From Acidimicrobiales bacterium (GTDB taxonomy: Bacteria > Actinomycetota > Acidimicrobiia > Acidimicrobiales > SZUA-35), in assembly GCA_024641625.1 (NCBI GenBank), contig JAHECQ010000002.1, forward strand, positions 1-30,533: a DNA stretch of 30,533 bases, given 5' to 3'. The notes under the pieces are model-generated. The model saw nothing but the letters and a program-made list of their open reading frames with translations, did no database searches and was not told where the DNA came from. The translations under genes and the position numbers were made by a program. Positions 26,144-30,533 of this stretch are shown here, one piece after another; position 1 is the first letter of the stretch; each line of letters begins with the position of its first letter.

Positions 26144-26195
26144 AAGCCGGCCCAGAGCCCTCGCAACACCATCCTCGCCCGGAGGGGCCACATTC

Positions 26196-27290
26196 ATGAC
26201 CACTGTCCTGCCACAACTCGACCCGTCGTCATCACCGGTGTCGGCATCATCCCGATCCGTCGTCTCCGGATCTGCTCCGGGATCATCACGATCGAGGAAG
26301 ACATCGACCACTCTGGCGATCCTGCTGGCGCTGGGCCTCGGCGCATCCGCCTGCGGCTCGGGTTCCGATGCGGCGTCGAACGACGACGCCGGAGCCACGA
26401 CCACCGTCGATGGCACCACCGACGCCACCACGGACTCGACCGAGACGGCGTCCACCGGCGTCACCCAGACGGTCGACGGGACGACACCGTCGGACAAACG
26501 AGTCCGCCTCGGGTCCAGTGTGCTGGCCAAAACCCTCGATCCGGCCAATCAGGCGAACTCTGCTCGCTTCACGGGCAGCATGGAGATTTCGGGCACCGGC
26601 GATGCCGGAGAAGCCGTCGACATGAGCCTGGAGTTCGAAGGTGCGTACGACCTCGCCTCGAAGTCGAGCACCATGTCGATGGACCTCTCGAGCATGATGG
26701 AGGCGGCAGCGGGCAGCGACAACTCGATTGCCGGCATGGCCGATCTCATGGGCGGCCCCCTTCAGCTCATCACCATCGGCGACGATGCCTGGATCCAGTG
26801 GGGTCTGTTCGCCATGATGGGCGTCACCGCTGACCAATGGGTCGAGATGAGCCCCGGCGACGTCGGCTCCCTGACCGAGGGGCTCGGCGCCTCCGGCCCG
26901 ACCGATCCGACCGAATTCCTCCGCCAACTCGAAGAGGCCAACGCTGAAATCGAAGAAGTCGGGCGCGAGACAGTTCGCGGCGTCGAGACGACCCACCTCA
27001 AGGCAACCGTCGAACTCGGCGAGTTGGCCGCCACGCTGCCGGCCGATCAGGCTGCTCAGCTCGACGACGTCGTCGGCTCCGGCATCGATCAGCTGCCGAT
27101 GGAGTTCTGGATCGGCGACGATGGTCTCATCTACCGCTGGTCGGTGACGATGGACATGAGCGGTGTCCCCGGAGTCGATGGTTCCGGTTCGCTGAACATG
27201 GTCTACGAGATCTTCGACTACGGAAGCGATGTGAACATCGTGGCCCCCGACCCCAGCCTGGTGGTCAGCGGAGCCGGCCTCGGTTTCTGA
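26196..27290 (+). CDS. LppX/LprAFG-like lipoprotein
   Basis: Lipobox LGASAC; Thr/Asp-rich linker; EFEGAYD, DPTEFL, VGRETVRGVETTHL, EFWIGDDGLI and FDYGSDVNIVAP motifs. Confidence 0.8.
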   Translation: MTTVLPQLDPSSSPVSASSRSVVSGSAPGSSRSRKTSTTLAILLALGLGASACGSGSDAASNDDAGATTTVDGTTDATTDSTETASTGVTQTVDGTTPSDKRVRLGSSVLAKTLDPANQANSARFTGSMEISGTGDAGEAVDMSLEFEGAYDLASKSSTMSMDLSSMMEAAAGSDNSIAGMADLMGGPLQLITIGDDAWIQWGLFAMMGVTADQWVEMSPGDVGSLTEGLGASGPTDPTEFLRQLEEANAEIEEVGRETVRGVETTHLKATVELGELAATLPADQAAQLDDVVGSGIDQLPMEFWIGDDGLIYRWSVTMDMSGVPGVDGSGSLNMVYEIFDYGSDVNIVAPDPSLVVSGAGLGF

Positions 27291-27319
27291 GCCACCCGGT
27301 TTCTGGTTAACTGTCATCC

Positions 27320-28225
27320 GTGACCGAACCAGCCGCCCGCACCGAATCGAACGAAGCCAGCATCGAGCGTGTCGGCGTGATCGGTGCCGGGCTCATGGGC
27401 TCGGGCATCGCCGAGGTCTCGGCCAAGGCCGGCTTGGACGTGATCGTCGTCGAAGCGAACGAGGTGGCCGCCGAGACCGGACGCGAACGGATCGAGAAGT
27501 CACTCGAGCGTGCCGTTCGGGCAGACAAGATGACCGCCGAGCAACAGGCCGCCATCCTCGATCGGCTCCGCTTCACCGCCGAAATGGCCGAGCTCGCCGA
27601 CCGCCAGCTCGTCGTCGAGGCCATCATCGAGAACGAGAACGCCAAGACCTCGGTGTTCCGCCAGCTCGACGAGATCGTGGTCGATCCCGAGGCGGTGCTG
27701 GCCACGAACACGTCGTCCATCCCCATCATGAAGCTGGCGATGGTCACCCGGCGCCCCGGAAACGTCATCGGCATCCATTTCTTCAACCCGGTGCCGGTGC
27801 TGCACCTGGTCGAGATCGTCACCTCGCTCCACACCTCACCGCACACCCAGGCCGTGGCCGAGGCCTACTCCACGAACCAACTGGGCAAGCGGGTGATCCA
27901 CTCGACCGATCGCGCCGGGTTCATCGTCAACGCGCTCCTGATCCCCTACATCCTGTCCGCGGTTCGAATGTTCGAGTCCGGTTTCGCCTCCAAGGAGGAC
28001 ATCGATCAGGGCATGGTCACGGGGTGCGCCCACCCAATGGGCCCACTTGCTCTGGCCGACCTCATCGGCCTCGATACCACGATGGCGGTTGCCGAGTCGC
28101 TCTACGCCGAGTTCAAGGAACAGCTGTACGCACCGCCGCCCCTGCTGGCCCGCATGGTCGAGGCCGGCCTGCTCGGCCGCAAGACCGGTCGAGGCTTCTA
28201 CGACTACTCAGCGGCCAGAGCCTGA
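27320..28225 (+). CDS. fadB2: 3-hydroxybutyryl-CoA dehydrogenase
   Basis: GAGLMGSG, VEAIIE, TNTSSI, HFFNPVP, AGFIVNALL, HPMGPLALADLIGLD and GRKTGRGFY. Confidence 0.93.
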   Translation: MTEPAARTESNEASIERVGVIGAGLMGSGIAEVSAKAGLDVIVVEANEVAAETGRERIEKSLERAVRADKMTAEQQAAILDRLRFTAEMAELADRQLVVEAIIENENAKTSVFRQLDEIVVDPEAVLATNTSSIPIMKLAMVTRRPGNVIGIHFFNPVPVLHLVEIVTSLHTSPHTQAVAEAYSTNQLGKRVIHSTDRAGFIVNALLIPYILSAVRMFESGFASKEDIDQGMVTGCAHPMGPLALADLIGLDTTMAVAESLYAEFKEQLYAPPPLLARMVEAGLLGRKTGRGFYDYSAARA

Positions 28226-29448
28226 GCCATCGTCGGCACGGTGGCCCGCCGAAGGCGAACCCGGTCGTCCCGACCGAGCTTCACCAGCAGCGGCAGGCCC
28301 AGCAGTGCGATCGCACCACCGACGAACATGCCCCAGGCTTCGCCCGAGAGGGCCACCACCAACCCGATCACCGGGCCACCGACGGCCATCGACAGATCGA
28401 AGAAGGCCGAGAACGTGGCCACTGCATTGGTACGTTCTCGGCTTGGGGCACGGCTGACCACCCACGACAGCAGACCGGGAAAGATGGGCGCCACGCCCAG
28501 GGCGAACAGCACGATGCCCGTGAACAGCAGTCCCGGGCCCTGGGCGATGGCCACGAGCCAGAGACCGACGGCGAGCAGGCAGAGCCCCCCGGCAGCAACC
28601 GGAAGAGGACCGTATCGGTCGGGCAGCTTGGCTCCGAAGACTCGGAGCACCAGCACCAGGGCGGCGTAGGTTCCAAAGACCGCCCCCGGTGACGCAAGGT
28701 GTCGCTCGGTCACGTGGAGCGCGATGAACGAGACGAACCCGGCATAGCCGATGATCCCGCAGCCGAGCACCAGACCCGGTAGCAGGGCGGTTCGATTGAT
28801 CAGCGCCCGCTTCGGGGCCTCCTGGCCGACCGCAGCGCGCTCGATGACCCCCTGTTCCAGACCGGTGGGGGTCGCAAGGCCGAACGCCATGCCGACCAAC
28901 GCAAGGACCGACGCAGTCACCCAGACTGCGTCGTAGCCCCACTGTTCCCAGACCCAATTGCCCACCGCCGGCCCGATGGCCACACCCACGAACGTGGAAC
29001 CCGACAGATAGGTGGCGGCCTCACCTCGCCGATGGTCAGGAGCCAAGTCCTGGGCGGCGGTGGCCAGACCGACGAAGGCGGCGCCCTCGAACACGCCGAA
29101 GGCCAGGCGGACGACCAGGGCCGCGGCCACCGAGTCGACCACCAGATACGCCGCCAACGTGGCCGCGACGCACGCCATTCCCATCACGACCAGCAGTCGG
29201 CGCCCGTAGCGATCACCGACCCATCCCCAAACCGGACGGACGAGCGCCGACGACACCCCGTAGAGCCCGATGGCAAGGCCTACCGCCAACCCGCCACCGT
29301 GAAGCTCGTCCTTCACGAAACGGGGCAGGACCGGATACAGCATCGTCCAGCCGGAGAAATAGATGGCCGAGGACATCACCAGGAACACGAACCGAATCGA
29401 GAGGAGGTCTTCATCGATCGGAGCGGGTTGGCGGGCTACCTCGACCAA
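28204..29448 (-). CDS. Major facilitator superfamily transporter
   Basis: About 12 TM segments; motif A GWVGDRYGRR and repeat AKLPDRYG. Confidence 0.92.
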   Translation of the reverse strand: MVEVARQPAPIDEDLLSIRFVFLVMSSAIYFSGWTMLYPVLPRFVKDELHGGGLAVGLAIGLYGVSSALVRPVWGWVGDRYGRRLLVVMGMACVAATLAAYLVVDSVAAALVVRLAFGVFEGAAFVGLATAAQDLAPDHRRGEAATYLSGSTFVGVAIGPAVGNWVWEQWGYDAVWVTASVLALVGMAFGLATPTGLEQGVIERAAVGQEAPKRALINRTALLPGLVLGCGIIGYAGFVSFIALHVTERHLASPGAVFGTYAALVLVLRVFGAKLPDRYGPLPVAAGGLCLLAVGLWLVAIAQGPGLLFTGIVLFALGVAPIFPGLLSWVVSRAPSRERTNAVATFSAFFDLSMAVGGPVIGLVVALSGEAWGMFVGGAIALLGLPLLVKLGRDDRVRLRRATVPTMAQALAAE

Positions 29449-30296
29449 CGGAACCGGACCTCCTGGCCCGGTCGAAGTTGGGCAACGATGGGGAGTTGCC
29501 GTTCGGTCACCACGGCAACGACGGGATAGCCGCCGGTCGTGGGATGGTCCGGGCCGAAGATGATCGGCTCACCGTTGGGTGGCAACTGCACCGCGCCGAA
29601 GATCACGGCTTCGGACGGGAGTTCGGTGGTGATGGCACGGCGAAGCAACGAACCCACGATCCGGACGCCGACACGATCGAGCCGATCGCTCACGTGAAAG
29701 GACTCCGAGCCGAGGCGGTGGGCCGAGGCTTCGTCCATCCAGTCGAGCCGCGGTCCCGGCGCGAGCTCCAACACCGGATTGGCTTCGATCGGATGCGTCG
29801 GAACCTGGTCGGGAGCGGGCATGCGTTCGATGTCAGCGCCGACCAGTAGACGATCGCCGGCCACCAGTGGCGATACACCCAGACGACCGAGGGTGTCGCA
29901 GCTTCGAGAGCCCAACACCCTGGGGGCATCGATGCCGCCCCGTACGGCCACGTACGAACGCAGACCGGCAGTTGGCCGACCGAACACGATCTCGGAACCG
30001 GCTCGAGCCCAGACGGCCTGGCCCATGGCCACCCCGAGGCCATCGAGCATGATCGGCAGCGTGGCACCGGTGATGGCGAGCACCAGGTCCTGGTCGGCGC
30101 GCATCGTGGCCCCACCGAAGGTCAACTCGATGACGGCGGCACCTTCCTCGTTACCGACGACCCGATTGGCCAACCGGTACGCGGGCTTGTCTGCGGCACC
30201 CGAAGGGCTGACGGCGAACCGAGCGAGACCAGGACGGCCCTCGTCCTGGATGGTGGCCATCACGCCCGGTTCGACGACGACGAGGCCCCCGCTCAT
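29436..30296 (-). CDS. pxpC: 5-oxoprolinase subunit C (biotin-dependent carboxyltransferase/AHS2 family)
   Basis: TIQDEGRPG, SGAAD, ANRVVGN, GLRSYVAVRGG, DRVGVR, GAVQLPPNGEP and DHPTTGGYP. ATG at 30296. Confidence 0.92.
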   Translation of the reverse strand: MSGGLVVVEPGVMATIQDEGRPGLARFAVSPSGAADKPAYRLANRVVGNEEGAAVIELTFGGATMRADQDLVLAITGATLPIMLDGLGVAMGQAVWARAGSEIVFGRPTAGLRSYVAVRGGIDAPRVLGSRSCDTLGRLGVSPLVAGDRLLVGADIERMPAPDQVPTHPIEANPVLELAPGPRLDWMDEASAHRLGSESFHVSDRLDRVGVRIVGSLLRRAITTELPSEAVIFGAVQLPPNGEPIIFGPDHPTTGGYPVVAVVTERQLPIVAQLRPGQEVRFRWSR

Positions 30297-30533
30297 ACCG
30301 GCCGGAACCGCACCGTTTGGCCCGGCTCCATCAGCGCCGGCGACTGACCCAGGTCGAAGCGGTGGGGGTCGAACAGCACGGCGTCGGTGGTACCCAACAG
30401 ATGCCATCCTCCGGGCGAAGACGTGGGATAGACCGCACTGTATGGTCCGGCGATGGCCAGCGAGCCCTGCGGCACTCGCGTGCGAGGCGACGAACGACGC
30501 GGCAGCTGAAGCAATGGATCGAGTCCGCAAAGA
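30293..30533 (-). CDS. pxpB: 5-oxoprolinase subunit B (AHS1), C-terminal part; 5' end outside the window
   Basis: LCGLDPLLQLPRRSSPRTRVPQGSLAIAG, YPTSSPGGWHLLG and PGQTVRF. ATGA overlap with pxpC. Confidence 0.9.
   Translation of the reverse strand, partial: LCGLDPLLQLPRRSSPRTRVPQGSLAIAGPYSAVYPTSSPGGWHLLGTTDAVLFDPHRFDLGQSPALMEPGQTVRFRPV

Noticed and set aside
25958-26195. Possible c-di-GMP or c-di-AMP riboswitch upstream of the Tad genes
   Set aside because: I could not find the conserved cores of either class by eye on either strand. An Infernal/Rfam scan would settle it.
27961-27980. ggttcgaatgttcgagtcc, resembling tRNA T-loops
   Set aside because: It lies inside the fadB2 coding frame (VRMFES), with no cloverleaf or acceptor stem.

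Overview
High-GC, gene-dense bacterial DNA with about 29 coding regions. Gene content suggests an actinobacterium, probably Acidimicrobiia-like (inference). 1-9.0 kb holds housekeeping and accessory genes: SCO6745-like protein, DUF6027-like protein, thioesterase, lipoprotein NagZ, ung, PAP2-like membrane protein, site-2 protease, alpha/beta hydrolase and Cof-HAD. It also carries apparent deletion scars: an internally deleted tdk, an internally deleted PhyH dioxygenase, and a possible GNAT-toxin 5' stub fused to that dioxygenase. 9.1-22.5 kb is a Wzx/Wzy-type surface polysaccharide locus: GT4, heparinase II/III-like protein, wecB, wzx, wzy, a second GT4, an LPFTG sortase substrate, a DUF4012 protein, a priming glycosyltransferase and a Wzc-like kinase. 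22.6-26.0 kb is a stand-alone Tad minor-pilin cassette: two TadE genes and a TadG-like pilin fused to a Cys-stapled repeat domain, probably a beta-propeller. 26.2-30.5 kb has an LppX-like lipoprotein, a 3-hydroxybutyryl-CoA dehydrogenase, an MFS transporter, pxpC and partial pxpB. The best candidate for an undescribed system is the DUF4012 protein, which shows an LCP-like motif and may ligate the polysaccharide onto the adjacent Ser/Thr-rich sortase-anchored protein. The co-oriented Tad tip adhesin sits next to this locus. No rRNA, tRNA, CRISPR array or transposase was recognised. All family calls come from reading motifs by eye; no searches were run.
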